Source: a virus (Duplodnaviria; Caudoviricetes). Taken from it: DNA of 64,000 bases. The notes below the pieces were generated by a model. That model was not told where the DNA came from and did not search any database. It saw only the letters and a list, made by a program, of their open reading frames with translations. Made by a program: the position numbers and the translations under genes. The stretch spans positions 121,487-185,486 of the IMG/VR virus record IMGVR_UViG_3300018089_000001, one strand, 5' to 3'. Below, in pieces: positions 1 to 10,753 of this stretch (positions within the stretch are counted from its first letter, which is position 1; every line of letters starts with the position of its first letter).

Positions 1-2199
1 CGGCGGGGAGCCGGCCGAGGCGAACGTCTGGGAGCCCCTGATCCCTGACTCGGAGGTCCAGGGGACGTCTGATCCGAATGCGCTGTTCCTGGGGGTCGAG
101 ACTCCGGCATTAGGAGAGCCGGCGAAGTTCCCGCTGGGGGATCCGAAGAGATGCCGCGGGTTCGGAGTGGAGGCGCCGTCGCTGAACACGGTCCGCATCC
201 CACGGTCCTTCTGCCAGACGGCGTAGTTCCGCATGAACTGGCCGCCGTCCAGGCCTCCACCCGAGGCGGGGTCGTTCCCATCGGTCGTGCTATCGAAGAT
301 CGCGGGCCCCTCCCAGAGCAGGAAGCTATCGCGATAGAACCGGTTCACGTTCGACCCGGTCCCCGCGTACATGCGACGGAACCCCTCGTGGATCCCGGCG
401 AGGAAGGAGAACGTGTCGCCGGGCGAAGTGTACACGCGGACCAAACGGGGGTCGTTCCGGATGGGATGGGCATTCCCCCAGGTCAGGTTCGGACACCTGA
501 TGGCCACGCCGAGGTTTCCGAGCGGGTACGGGTCACCGGAGGACGACCCCTGGATCAGCTCCACCCAGACCTTGACGTCCACGAGCCTCCCCGACGCGCT
601 CACTGGGATGAGGATCGAGGCCGGCGCCCAGGCGGATGACTGCTTGGACGACCCCTCTCCGGGGACCAGGGCGTCCTCGGCGACTCCGGTGACGGTGCTG
701 AACAGGGAGCCGCTGGCGGCGACGAACGACTGCGGGACCCAGGAACCGGACCTGATGACGGTGTCAGAGGCGGAGGCGGACTTCCGGACCATGATGGTCT
801 GCAGCCTCGCCTCCTTGCTGAAGTGCAGCGTCGCCGAGGCGGGGACCGGGGAAGACTCCAGCGGAGCAGTTCCGCTGGTGAATGTGTTGAAATACCTGTT
901 CTCGACGTCACTCGACGAGAGAGACACCGCGACGTATGCCTGATTGAAACCGATCGACGCATGGGTCCAGGAAGGACTCTCGAACGTCCCCGTCAACCCC
1001 GCATCGATCACGGTGACCGAGGGGAATGGAATCCTCTCGATGTTGCTCACCGGTTGGGCCAGCAGCGTCGCGGCGAGCTTGCTCTTCTCGTATCCCCTGC
1101 CAAGGGTCACCGATCCCTGAATCAGCAGGGATGACGATCCGATGACCGGCGAGTACGGCTCGTATGAGACGTTTGGACTGATTAGCGACGACATCACGCT
1201 GCCGCTGACCCTGAGGGAGTCGATGTCTGGGGCGTGCTGGACCTGGGCCCTCACAGAGCTGTTGAACTGCGGTGAGCCCGTGACGACCCCTCCCAACTGA
1301 CGGGCGAAGTTCTCAAGCGCCTGCGTCATGTTCACGAGCACGCCGGAGGCAACGGCGGAGCCCGTGCTCATGTAAAGCGCCGCCATATCGAACGTTTCGT
1401 TGGCTCCGACCCACCCGGTCTGCCCGTAATAGAAGTTCGCTGACGCGGTGATGAAGCCCCCGGGGACCGGGGAAGTGTTGGCGATCAGGGTCACACCCGT
1501 GTCAAGGGACCTTATTCCGAAGCTTGCGACCCTTTGTGAGTAATCGATCCCACCCAGGGCGACGTGCCACTCACCCACCCTGAATCCCGCCGTACCGCCA
1601 GGCACGTCGCACTCGAGGAAACCGAAAGTTCCGGACCCGATGAACTGGTACGTCGTGCCGTCCCGTCCCGCAACGACCCAACCCTGCCTGAAACCCCCGT
1701 CGATCTTCCCGAAGACGTTACCGAACGACCCGGTGAACGACCGCCACCGCCCCACATACCCGAAGAGCAGGTCGGAACCAGTCAGGATGTTGAAGTTAGC
1801 CCCACCATCGAAACGAGATCCCCGGGAGCTTCCAGTGAACGTGACCGCGAGGTCGCTGCCGCTCAGCCACCCAAGGGTTCCGTAGACCGCGTTCCCACCG
1901 GTGCTTGTATCGAACTGGAGGGCCAGCGGGGTTGACGGAGTGAACGAGGCCGTGAGGGACCCGGTGGTCTCATCCATGAGCCATCCGTAGTCCCAGCGTC
2001 CGAACCCGATGGCCGCAGCCATCTGGACGGATGAGCTCGGGTACACTCCCGCGGGGATGTTCGGCGTGACCATCACCGACCCCGGTCGGGTCCGGGTAAC
2101 CGAGGGACCGGGAACGAATCCCGCGGCCGGTGAGACGCCACGGCGGCCGTTCGTGAACCGCATCCCGCGACGGGGCCTGTAAACCTTGGTCTTCTTCAC
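1..2199 (-). CDS. virion structural/tail protein (partial, runs off window start)
   Basis: Not in ORF track. GTG overlapping the stop of the upstream gene (GTGA); hand-translated from 2199 to ~780 without a stop (MKKTKVYRPRRG..., Ser/Gly/Thr-rich), continuation to base 1 assumed; follows baseplate genes. Confidence 0.7.
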   Translation of the reverse strand, partial: MKKTKVYRPRRGMRFTNGRRGVSPAAGFVPGPSVTRTRPGSVMVTPNIPAGVYPSSSVQMAAAIGFGRWDYGWLMDETTGSLTASFTPSTPLALQFDTSTGGNAVYGTLGWLSGSDLAVTFTGSSRGSRFDGGANFNILTGSDLLFGYVGRWRSFTGSFGNVFGKIDGGFRQGWVVAGRDGTTYQFIGSGTFGFLECDVPGGTAGFRVGEWHVALGGIDYSQRVASFGIRSLDTGVTLIANTSPVPGGFITASANFYYGQTGWVGANETFDMAALYMSTGSAVASGVLVNMTQALENFARQLGGVVTGSPQFNSSVRAQVQHAPDIDSLRVSGSVMSSLISPNVSYEPYSPVIGSSSLLIQGSVTLGRGYEKSKLAATLLAQPVSNIERIPFPSVTVIDAGLTGTFESPSWTHASIGFNQAYVAVSLSSSDVENRYFNTFTSGTAPLESSPVPASATLHFSKEARLQTIMVRKSASASDTVIRSGSWVPQSFVAASGSLFSTVTGVAEDALVPGEGSSKQSSAWAPASILIPVSASGRLVDVKVWVELIQGSSSGDPYPLGNLGVAIRCPNLTWGNAHPIRNDPRLVRVYTSPGDTFSFLAGIHEGFRRMYAGTGSNVNRFYRDSFLLWEGPAIFDSTTDGNDPASGGGLDGGQFMRNYAVWQKDRGMRTVFSDGASTPNPRHLFGSPSGNFAGSPNAGVSTPRNSAFGSDVPWTSESGIRGSQTFASAGSPP

Positions 2200-5105
2200 T
2201 CGTCATCCCCGCGGTCAACGATCGTAATCGAGCCGCTCACCTCGATGCGACCCTCGACGATCGGCCTGAGTTGGTACTGGTATTTCGGCCGCTCAAGCAT
2301 GTGGCTCTCGACGATCAGCTCGTCACCCTTGAACTGGGCCCGCGCGGGCAACAGGCGCTCGACGAGCGTGGCGAAGCTGGAATCAAAGAAGTCCAGCATG
2401 TCGACGAACACCCTGAAGTTCAGGCGACCCTGGAGCCTCTTGAAGTAGGTCTCCCTCATCTGCCTGATTCCCTCGTAGTCCTCGCGGTACTTGTTCACAG
2501 GCAGTCCGATCACCCGGGTGAGCTCATCGTACGAGGTCATGATGTGGGAGATGTCCTCGTTCAGGGCGTCGTACATGTTGAGCTCAAGGGAGACGAATCG
2601 CTCGTCTCGATACGCGTCGAACGGGTCGATGCGGGAACCGCTAAACACCCGGACCTTCTCCTGGTTCCAGCCGTAGTCGATCCCGGGGATGTACGCGTAG
2701 TCCTCGAGGAACTTGGTGAAGTTCACCTGGCTCGGACGGAAGCCACCGGCGGTCCCCGTCACAGAGTTCAGGGTGGAGTCCATCAGCGAGAACGACCCGT
2801 TCGCGTCGGCCGTGGAGGCGTCCGCCATCCGCCAGTGAACAATCAAGTCGGAGTTTCCGATCGAGACGTCGCGTCCATAGCTCTCGAAGTGGGCCGCGTG
2901 CGCGAACAGCTCAGACGCTGACAGGTCGGTGTCCCAGAGGCGTAGCTCCTGGGCCCAGAACTGACCGCTAGATGGGACCAGTACCGAGCTACCGACCTCC
3001 ATGAGTCTGTATCCGCTCGCGGCGTCGGATGCCGTCAGCAGGCTGGACGTCGAATAGGCGAGGTCGCCGGCGTCGTAGCGGATCGCCCGGAGCGAGTTCA
3101 GGCCCGTTTGGGTGTTCCGAGTGAATGAGATGTTGTAGAAGTTGTCGTCGAACAGCGAGGCCGAGGTCAACTGGACCCTCCCGAAGGAGGAGGTGACGTA
3201 GACGTTCCCTGTCTCACTGGAGGCCCCGGCCTTCTCGTACCAGGCGGCCACATACGTCGTGCCGCTCGAGAGAGTCCAGAGGGCTCCGGAGAGTTCGGTC
3301 GGGACGAGCGTCGCATCCGTCGAGAGAGGGAACCTCACCCGCAGTTCGACGGAGAAGCTCGACCCGCTTGGGATCAGCGCGCTCGTTGCCTGAACGGTCG
3401 ATCCGCTCAGGAACGTCAGCGCGTAGACGCTCTTCTCGGCGGTGACCCTAGTGAGGGGTAGCGTCGACTCGTCCTTCCGCGCATACTCCTTCAGGCGGAT
3501 GAAACCGTTGTCTGCCCCATACGAACGCAGGAGCGCCCGCACCGACTCCGCGGTGCCCTTAGTCTTGTAAATGTACGGGAGGTTCTGGAGGACGCGGCGC
3601 CAGAGCTGGGACTTCACCTCAGACAGCCTCGTCTCGAGCGAAGCGTTGGCGTCCGGACCGACACGCACGTTCCTCCCGACGAAGTACCGAAGCGCGTCGG
3701 TGTTGGCGAAGCTCCCCTGAAGCTTCCACCCCAGGAAGTCGCCGACCCCCTCGAGGAGCCCGTCGGGCGCCTGATCGAAGTCACCGAAACTAACGCGATG
3801 CAGGTTCGGCAACTGGTTCACGTACAGCTTGATCCTGTCGAAGTGCCTGGCCAGGGTCAGCGCGAAGCTCGAGAACACCGCCTGCGAGGTCGGGTCGGGA
3901 CCGGAGAAAGCCTCGGGAAAGAGGGTGAAGATCAGGCTGGGATTGCTGCGGTCGTAAAGCACCCCTGACTGCTGGGCGTCCACGATGTACGAGACGACGT
4001 TTGGATCGTCAAGGCTCAGTATCGGGTCCGCGACGTCATTGACGTACGATCCCGACCCGAGGACGCCGGAGAAGAAGGACTGAATCCTTCCGTCAAGCGA
4101 GTGGCCCGACCTGTCCCTGACGACGCTGGCGTATGTCGACGGGGTCTGCGGACTCGCGTCGTTGAACTGCCACGACGCGAGGAGGTCCGACTGGGCGTAA
4201 ACCTTCCTGTTGTAAGTTCCGCTGAGCTGCTGGGAGGTGCGGGCAGCGGACCAGACGCTGACCGAGTCGAGGCTGCCCGTGAATGGCCGGACCACCTTCC
4301 CCGAGACGGACCCGGAGCCCATGTAGAATGACCCGGATGCGAGGTCAAACCTGGACTGTAGAAGCAAGCTGGCGCTCGACACGAGGACCGGAAATGTACC
4401 GGTGGTCCCCACGTAGAGGGAGACGCTGCCTGTCGCTGTCGTATGGTCAATGACGGCGGCGAAGAACGACGGCATCGCCGCGAGCGCCCCCGTGACGGTG
4501 ACGCTAGTCGACCCCGAGACCACCTGGAACCCTATCGCCGAACCGGTGGTGAACACGGTGTAACCGTTTGAGGTCCCCTGCCGGAGCTTCTGGAACACCA
4601 CGAGCACGTCGTTTGACCCCGTCATGGGGGGCACGTGGACCCATCCTTGTACGGAGAGCGACCCCGTCCCGGGGCTCATGAATGACGTCCGGGAGGAGCC
4701 GTCCTGCGTGCCCACGTCATCGACCCTGACGTATGACGCGGAGACCGACGGGTCGAACCTAAGGTGACCGGACCAGCTCGGCCACCCGCTGAGAAAGAAC
4801 CGCTGGAAGCCGTCGAGTGAGTTCAGGAACTGCTGGGCGTCGTCCGCCGTTCCGCCGACAGGGTACGAGTTCAACACGTCATCCGCCGTGAGGGTCACGT
4901 ACGACTCCGCGGAGTTGAACGTGACGAAATTGGCGAAGTCAGAGTAGTCGACGAGCAGGTCGACGCTGTCGCTTCCGGAAGACAGCGTCGAGACGAGGGC
5001 GTTCTCGGAGTCGACGTCGGAGAACGATGACGCGTGCTGGTCCTGCACCGCGGCCGAGCCGCCGGCCCCGATGGTCCCATCGAATAGCTGGAAGATGTCC
5101 GGCAT
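2196..5105 (-). CDS. baseplate wedge/tail protein with LamG (ConA-like) domains
   Basis: FTGSLDSVSVWSAART and QELRLWDTDLS LamG-like motifs; YIYKTKGTAESVRALLRSYG baseplate wedge motif. Confidence 0.7.
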   Translation of the reverse strand: MPDIFQLFDGTIGAGGSAAVQDQHASSFSDVDSENALVSTLSSGSDSVDLLVDYSDFANFVTFNSAESYVTLTADDVLNSYPVGGTADDAQQFLNSLDGFQRFFLSGWPSWSGHLRFDPSVSASYVRVDDVGTQDGSSRTSFMSPGTGSLSVQGWVHVPPMTGSNDVLVVFQKLRQGTSNGYTVFTTGSAIGFQVVSGSTSVTVTGALAAMPSFFAAVIDHTTATGSVSLYVGTTGTFPVLVSSASLLLQSRFDLASGSFYMGSGSVSGKVVRPFTGSLDSVSVWSAARTSQQLSGTYNRKVYAQSDLLASWQFNDASPQTPSTYASVVRDRSGHSLDGRIQSFFSGVLGSGSYVNDVADPILSLDDPNVVSYIVDAQQSGVLYDRSNPSLIFTLFPEAFSGPDPTSQAVFSSFALTLARHFDRIKLYVNQLPNLHRVSFGDFDQAPDGLLEGVGDFLGWKLQGSFANTDALRYFVGRNVRVGPDANASLETRLSEVKSQLWRRVLQNLPYIYKTKGTAESVRALLRSYGADNGFIRLKEYARKDESTLPLTRVTAEKSVYALTFLSGSTVQATSALIPSGSSFSVELRVRFPLSTDATLVPTELSGALWTLSSGTTYVAAWYEKAGASSETGNVYVTSSFGRVQLTSASLFDDNFYNISFTRNTQTGLNSLRAIRYDAGDLAYSTSSLLTASDAASGYRLMEVGSSVLVPSSGQFWAQELRLWDTDLSASELFAHAAHFESYGRDVSIGNSDLIVHWRMADASTADANGSFSLMDSTLNSVTGTAGGFRPSQVNFTKFLEDYAYIPGIDYGWNQEKVRVFSGSRIDPFDAYRDERFVSLELNMYDALNEDISHIMTSYDELTRVIGLPVNKYREDYEGIRQMRETYFKRLQGRLNFRVFVDMLDFFDSSFATLVERLLPARAQFKGDELIVESHMLERPKYQYQLRPIVEGRIEVSGSITIVDRGDDE

Positions 5106-6466
5106 CAGGCGACCTTGAACCGGACGCCGCCGTCGATCACCTGCTGCCGTCCCTGATCGAAGACCAGGAAGACGATCCTGTACGAGTTACCCGAGTGCAG
5201 GTTCCGCATGAAGAAGCGGAAAGAGTTGCCGTTGGCCCCGTAGGACAGGCGCGTGTGCTGCAGGCTACCGGTTCCGAAGGGAACGACCCTCTCACGTGTC
5301 GAGTCATTCTCGATCGCGTAGTAGGCCTGCTCGACGATGTACGGCACGGACCCCAACGAGGCGGTCTGGAACACAGGCAACGCGTGGGCCCGTCTCCTGA
5401 ACATGACCTCGAAGGTCACCAGCTCATCGGGCATGTACTCGTCCTGTAGGTTCCTAACGCGAGCGGTGAGCGGCTGCTGGGCCACCGAGGCCGCAGGACC
5501 CGCGGGGACGAACGAGAAGTTTCCGGTGAGGAAGGCGTATGACCCCGATCCCCACGAGTCGAAGAACACGGAGCCGCTGTACGAACCGGTGGCGAGGGAG
5601 AACGACGCACTGTACAGGCCCGTTCCGACATGCGACGCAGTGAGCACCCGAAGGGCCCCGCTTGCGTCTGAGATGCCCACCGTGACGAAGTTACCGGGGA
5701 GGTCCTGGTACGTCCCACCGACGATATTGTAGAGCCAGAGGGACCCCGTCCGACCCCATTGCATGTTGGACCGGTCGTCCCTGACGTAATCGGCCGCGCG
5801 GACCTCGATGTACGGCGCTCGGTCGGAGAACGACGTCTGGCGCGAGTAGAACTTCTTTTGGAAGTAGTCGGTGTACAGCGAGTCTGCCTCGATCGAGGCC
5901 GGCAGCGTCACCCCGACGCCGTTGTTCGCTAGGGTGGAGCTGATCCAGGCCTGCACGATGGGAGTGACGTCGACCTCGAGGTCCTCGAAGCCGGTATCGA
6001 AGTGGACGGAGGCAGTGGGGGACGTGGCGAAGTCCCCGCCGGGGACCGTCCAAAAGGACGTCGAGGTTCGCTTCGTCCAGTTGGCGAAGCCCAAGTCGCC
6101 CAGGCGGATGACGTCCTGGCCGGTGCCCTCGTCCCATCCCGAGGCCACGGGCCGGACGAGGAGGTCGAAGCTCGACGGCTGCGTGCACCCCGCGGTCTTG
6201 TGGTTCATCCGCAGGACGAACGACTGCCCGACCGGTATGTCCCCCGAGGCGGTCAGGGCCGAGAACTCCGAGAGATCGAACTGGAGGAGGGCCCGTCCGA
6301 GGCTCGAGGAGGCGATGTCCGTCGTTGCTCCGGAGACCCCGGCCAGCTTGAACACATCCAGCTCCTCCGAGGCCCCCAGGTTCGATCCGGTAGCCCGCAC
6401 CGCCGACCGCGGCGGGTAGGCATTCGTGATGAACGTGTCCCGGACGGGATAGATCCGAAAGATCAC
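5105..6466 (-). CDS. DNRLRE-domain virion protein
   Basis: DTFI..NLG..RALLQFDLS..WDEGTG..DVTPIVQAW..FYSR pattern. Confidence 0.6.
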   Translation of the reverse strand: MIFRIYPVRDTFITNAYPPRSAVRATGSNLGASEELDVFKLAGVSGATTDIASSSLGRALLQFDLSEFSALTASGDIPVGQSFVLRMNHKTAGCTQPSSFDLLVRPVASGWDEGTGQDVIRLGDLGFANWTKRTSTSFWTVPGGDFATSPTASVHFDTGFEDLEVDVTPIVQAWISSTLANNGVGVTLPASIEADSLYTDYFQKKFYSRQTSFSDRAPYIEVRAADYVRDDRSNMQWGRTGSLWLYNIVGGTYQDLPGNFVTVGISDASGALRVLTASHVGTGLYSASFSLATGSYSGSVFFDSWGSGSYAFLTGNFSFVPAGPAASVAQQPLTARVRNLQDEYMPDELVTFEVMFRRRAHALPVFQTASLGSVPYIVEQAYYAIENDSTRERVVPFGTGSLQHTRLSYGANGNSFRFFMRNLHSGNSYRIVFLVFDQGRQQVIDGGVRFKVA

Positions 6467-8289
6467 TTCGCGCTCCCAACGATGTCACGGGTCGGATACT
6501 TCACCTGAAAGACGGCCTCGGGTGGACAGACCAGCATTCCGTCCTGGAGGTTATCGGCGACGTTGAACCGGTCGTCGGAGTACGTGACGCCGTCCGAGGA
6601 CCCGAAGACATTCCTGAAGGAGAGCTCGTACACGGAGACGACCCCCGCGGTCCCGTTGAGCACGGCGATCACGTCGGAGACGATGATCGGCTGCCCGATC
6701 TGCATCCTGTCCTGGGCGAAGTAGTCGGCCAGCCTGTCGGTGCACGAGAGGAGCACCTCGGACCGGTTCCTTCCCGGGGAGACCGTGATCCCAAAGTGCA
6801 CCCTGATGTCAAGGATGTCGCCGTCGAGGATGTTGATCCCGTCGGTGAGGAGCTTGAACTGGCGCAGGTATGTGGCCAGGTTTGACTTCAGGGTAGGCGT
6901 GGCCTTCGCGAGTACGCCGTCAACGTCAAGCGCGAGGACGTGGATGTCATACGCGAATCTCCCGACCGCGGAGGGCTTCACGAAGACCTTCTCCGGTCTC
7001 CCGAACTTCGCTGGGATCGAGAGGCACCTCGCCACGACGTCCTCGCGGGTGACGACGCGCTGCTGGGCGGCGAAGAAGGCCGCGGCGTTGGCCTTGATCT
7101 CCCTGATCGTCTCGGCTCCTCCCCCTCCCGTCATGGCCACCTGGTTCAGGCATCCGATCGACCCCTCCACGCGGCCCTTCGTCACCGGATCGAGGTTCGT
7201 GGAGGCGAAGCTGAGGATCGCGTTGGAGACCTGCCGGACCGTCCGGGCCGGCACGTTTGTCTCAGCGCCTCCACCCACCCGGTAGGTCACCGTCAGTGTC
7301 GTGTTGTGCGGCGACAGGCCGAGGCTGCGGGTGCGCAGGAAGTTCTGGGGATCTATCGCGAAGCTGTTGAACGTCCTCCGCCCGGCCAGCGGGAGGGAAT
7401 AGGAGGCCACGTTCGGAACAAGCTCGTCGTCGAAGCTCACCCCGTCTCCTGAACCGAAGACCAGGGTGGAGACCCCCGTCTCGATGTCGCGGTCGACGAC
7501 GAACCTATACGGGGCAGACTGGAGCCTGAGCACGTATGGCACGGTATCGACGTCGCTATTGGTGTTCGTCTCTGGGACGAAGACCCAGTCCTGGGCGAGA
7601 TAGTCCACCTCGAACCACTCGTTCCCCTGGGAGTCGACAACGCTGATCACCTCGATCACGTCGACCTGGCCCAGGTCGATCCTCCGAAAGGCCTGGAAAT
7701 CGGTGACGCTGAAGTTCTCCGTGACGGTCCGGCCGGCCACCACGTCGACTGTCCTCTGGATAGCGAACGACGTCGGAACGCCCGTCGTGGCGTCGAACGA
7801 TGAGCCCGTGACCGCCCTTCCGATCGACGCGGAGAACGGGACGTCGTCCAATGTCTCGAATGGAGTCCCGTTCTTGGCGATCCCCTGCGAGCCTTTCATG
7901 AGAACGGGGGTGTATGAGTCGTCGGGGACCACGTTTCCGAATTGGTTGACAGTCGCTGGCACCACGAGGGCCCATGAGAGCTGCCCGACCGACGGGCGCT
8001 TGCCCTGCGGCCGATAGCCGCGGGACTTGGCGTTCGCGATGACGTTTCGTAGCTGGGTCGCCGAGTCCCCGCCCTCGTTGTAGGCCTGGTCGATGTAATA
8101 GTTCAGGCCGTCGCCCACGTACGCCGCGAACTCCAGGAGGGCCATGCCCGCTGAGGACTCGTTGAAGTCCGTGAATGAGCCCGTGGCATACGCGTTCGCA
8201 TACGTGATGAGGTCCCGCTTCAGCGACTTGAAGTCGCGGTTCAGCAGGCTGACGATCCTCTGCTTCCTAACGTCGAGTGCCATCGGCAA
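6463..8289 (-). CDS. baseplate wedge subunit (T4 gp6/baseplate J-like)
   Basis: DFKSLKRDLI..DFNESSAG..YVGD; FGSG; YRVGGG; AQQRVVTRED. Confidence 0.9.
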   Translation of the reverse strand: MPMALDVRKQRIVSLLNRDFKSLKRDLITYANAYATGSFTDFNESSAGMALLEFAAYVGDGLNYYIDQAYNEGGDSATQLRNVIANAKSRGYRPQGKRPSVGQLSWALVVPATVNQFGNVVPDDSYTPVLMKGSQGIAKNGTPFETLDDVPFSASIGRAVTGSSFDATTGVPTSFAIQRTVDVVAGRTVTENFSVTDFQAFRRIDLGQVDVIEVISVVDSQGNEWFEVDYLAQDWVFVPETNTNSDVDTVPYVLRLQSAPYRFVVDRDIETGVSTLVFGSGDGVSFDDELVPNVASYSLPLAGRRTFNSFAIDPQNFLRTRSLGLSPHNTTLTVTYRVGGGAETNVPARTVRQVSNAILSFASTNLDPVTKGRVEGSIGCLNQVAMTGGGGAETIREIKANAAAFFAAQQRVVTREDVVARCLSIPAKFGRPEKVFVKPSAVGRFAYDIHVLALDVDGVLAKATPTLKSNLATYLRQFKLLTDGINILDGDILDIRVHFGITVSPGRNRSEVLLSCTDRLADYFAQDRMQIGQPIIVSDVIAVLNGTAGVVSVYELSFRNVFGSSDGVTYSDDRFNVADNLQDGMLVCPPEAVFQVKYPTRDIVGSAK

Positions 8290-8295
8290 TCTACC

Positions 8296-8682
8296 TCACA
8301 CCGCGGGGAAGTTCACGACCAGGTTGATCGGGACGTTCCCGTAGACGATCTCCAGCCTGATCCTGAAACCAGGGTCAGGGACAGACGGATCCTCGCTCGA
8401 GAAGGCCACGAAGACCCCCTGGAGCCTCAGGAAGGGCATCCACTTGGCCAGTTGGGACTGCACCCGCGAGGCGATCGAGACCTTCAGGGAGCTGGTCATC
8501 GGCTCAAACAGGAACTCCCGAAGGTTACATCCGAAATCGAAGTGCATCACCCGTTCGCCCCAGTTAGTGACGAGCAGCGAACGGACGTTCGACTTGATGG
8601 CCTCGACGATGCTGTCGCTCGACTCGAGGTACCCGATGGAACCGGTGGAGAGCGCGAAGGGAAAGCTGACTGAGATCGACAT
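8296..8682 (-). CDS. gp25/GPW-family baseplate protein
   Basis: LLVTNWGERVMHFDFGCNLREFLFEP. Confidence 0.9.
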   Translation of the reverse strand: MSISVSFPFALSTGSIGYLESSDSIVEAIKSNVRSLLVTNWGERVMHFDFGCNLREFLFEPMTSSLKVSIASRVQSQLAKWMPFLRLQGVFVAFSSEDPSVPDPGFRIRLEIVYGNVPINLVVNFPAV

Positions 8683-8683
8683 C

Positions 8684-9124
8684 CTACGTGACCGGGACCA
8701 CGGAAGGCACTCCCGCGGGAGTCACAACCGTGACCGCGATGCCCAGCGTGTAGGTATGGAGTGCATCCGCAATCGCAGACAGGGCCCTCTCTGGGTCCGT
8801 GTTCCGCAGCTGGGACTGCCCGACCGCTCGCAGGGCGGGTGAGAGCAGCGGCACGAGCGTGGTCGTGCCGGCCAACCCGGGTCCCGCCCATGCGACGGCG
8901 GTCCACATGGCCCGGAGGGTCTGGTCGAGGGCGTCGAAGAACGGACCGGCGGTCGGAATGGGAGCCAGTGCCGTCGGGACGGTGCCTCCCGCGACCGCGG
9001 ACTTGGCGTACGAGGCGTACGCTTGGGCCCAGAGTCGCACGGCCTCAGCAGACGACCGTGGCATCCCCTCCTTCCTGAAGAGGGGTCGGAGGGCCGAGCG
9101 CAGGGCATCCGCCGAGACGCTCAC
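8684..9124 (-). CDS. hypothetical structural protein
   Basis: Translationally coupled ORF in baseplate operon. Confidence 0.6.
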   Translation of the reverse strand: MSVSADALRSALRPLFRKEGMPRSSAEAVRLWAQAYASYAKSAVAGGTVPTALAPIPTAGPFFDALDQTLRAMWTAVAWAGPGLAGTTTLVPLLSPALRAVGQSQLRNTDPERALSAIADALHTYTLGIAVTVVTPAGVPSVVPVT

Positions 9125-9708
9125 CGCGCCCTGCTTCGCTGGGAGAAGACGGCCGGCGGGAGGGGCGGAGGCGGCCCGGAGGGCCCCGCGGGAGTCGGAA
9201 TGACCACGGAGTCCCAGAAGGTCGAGAACTGGTCCGCGAGGATCAGCCGCTCGCTCGCACCCTCTCCCAGGAAGACGTCTCCCTCGATCACCACCCGGCC
9301 GGATGACTCAATCAGGAGGTACGCCTTGCCGACCGAGACCTTCAGGTCAGTCCGAGGCGTGATGCGGATGCAGTCAGCCCGGAGCATCGCGGCGGAGACC
9401 GCCCGCGACTCCCGGCCGATCGCGGAGGTCCCGGCGACTGCGTCCGGATCGGTCTTGGCGGACAGGTAGAGGGTCGACCGGTCCCGATCGAACGACGGGT
9501 CCCCGGCGTCCCTGCCGACGACCAGGAGGGCCGCGCCCGCGGCCCTTCCAGCCCCGGGGGAGTCGACTGAGCCGTATCCGCTGTCGACGGACCCCGCCCT
9601 GTCCCTTCCCAGGAGGAGGGTGGCGTTGTTGGCTCCTGCCAGGAAAGCGTCACCGGTCCTCCGGGAAAGCGAGGGGACGTCCTCGAACACCATGTCGCGC
9701 GACATCAC
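9121..9708 (-). CDS. baseplate spike C-terminal-like protein
   Basis: Beta-strand repeats and C-terminal IPTPAGPSGPP apex-like motif; next to gp25. Confidence 0.55.
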   Translation of the reverse strand: MMSRDMVFEDVPSLSRRTGDAFLAGANNATLLLGRDRAGSVDSGYGSVDSPGAGRAAGAALLVVGRDAGDPSFDRDRSTLYLSAKTDPDAVAGTSAIGRESRAVSAAMLRADCIRITPRTDLKVSVGKAYLLIESSGRVVIEGDVFLGEGASERLILADQFSTFWDSVVIPTPAGPSGPPPPLPPAVFSQRSRAR

Positions 9709-10301
9709 CCGTCCTTAAAGAAGTCCATGCCGTTGGGCATGGGGGCGAGCGAGGCATGCTCGTCGCTCGTGTCGTACTCCGGTCCGTTCGGCTCGAAGAA
9801 GTCCATGCCGGTCCTCGGCGAGGACGGCGCGGTGTACGAGTCGGTCCCCTTGAAGCTGTTGGCCGAGTCCTGGCCGGGCACGCGGGACACCCAGACGCCG
9901 TGGTCCATCCCGGTCCCCTCGAAGACCACGTAGACGTGCTCCCCCGGCGAGACCGGGATGGACAGCTGGTCAGCGGACAACAGCGGCCAGAACACCCGCG
10001 TGTCCGCGTCGTCAAGGAGCCTGTCGAGGCCGTCCGTGAGGATGCGACCCTTGATCGATCCCCGGGGATTATCCGGACCCACGGTGGCACCGTAGTGTCT
10101 CGACCGACCGCTCCGGTCCGTCACGTCGATCCCACCGGAGCCGTCCTTGTTCTGGAGCAGGCCTCCCTCGAGGTCCACGGCGAGGACGACTGCCCGATGG
10201 TAGTGCCGGGACGGCCCGTGCTCACCCCGAGCAGCGCGGACGAGCAGGTCCCCAAGGATCAGCTCAGGCCGACGGTACCAGTCATTCCCCCGCCCGTTCA
10301 T
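9705..10301 (-). CDS. baseplate hub/gp5-gpV N-terminal OB-fold-like protein
   Basis: RGSIKGRI..WPL..IPVSPGEHVYVVFE. Confidence 0.6.
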   Translation of the reverse strand: MNGRGNDWYRRPELILGDLLVRAARGEHGPSRHYHRAVVLAVDLEGGLLQNKDGSGGIDVTDRSGRSRHYGATVGPDNPRGSIKGRILTDGLDRLLDDADTRVFWPLLSADQLSIPVSPGEHVYVVFEGTGMDHGVWVSRVPGQDSANSFKGTDSYTAPSSPRTGMDFFEPNGPEYDTSDEHASLAPMPNGMDFFKDG

Positions 10302-10452
10302 GCTCGCTCAGCTCCCCCCGGATGACCCTGGCCTCCTCCCGGAGATGAGCGAGGCGGATCCACTTCGGGCCGATCTCGCGGACGATGGAGTCCATCTCCG
10401 AGGCGATGGCCAGCAGCCGGCGTCCCCGCTCGATCGCCTCAGTTCGATCCAT
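10282..10452 (-). CDS. small hypothetical protein (MDRTEAIERG...)
   Basis: Overlapping helical ORF filling the gap between neighbours. Confidence 0.5.
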   Translation of the reverse strand: MDRTEAIERGRRLLAIASEMDSIVREIGPKWIRLAHLREEARVIRGELSEHERAGE

Positions 10453-10753
10453 CCTCGGCCTCCTTGAACGGCATCCCGATCTCCTTGGCGATCTCGTCGG
10501 AGTCCGACGAGTCGTCCTCGGAACTCGGACGCCGGGCAAGCGCCTTGACGAGGGTGGCCTTCACCTGATGCTGTCGGGTCGCAGCGTCCATGAGCTTCGC
10601 CACGTACTCAGCGATGCCGACCCGACCGTCCGAGTACTCCTCGATCAGACGGTCGAGGAAATCGGTCAGACGACCGCGGTCGTCCCCGATGTCCCGGACC
10701 AGGTCCTCGACGATCTCCGAGAGCTTCCGCTCCTCGTCATCCCTCTTCTCCAT
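10439..10753 (-). CDS. hypothetical protein
   Basis: Coupled ORF after sigma factor. Confidence 0.6.
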   Translation of the reverse strand: MEKRDDEERKLSEIVEDLVRDIGDDRGRLTDFLDRLIEEYSDGRVGIAEYVAKLMDAATRQHQVKATLVKALARRPSSEDDSSDSDEIAKEIGMPFKEAEDGSN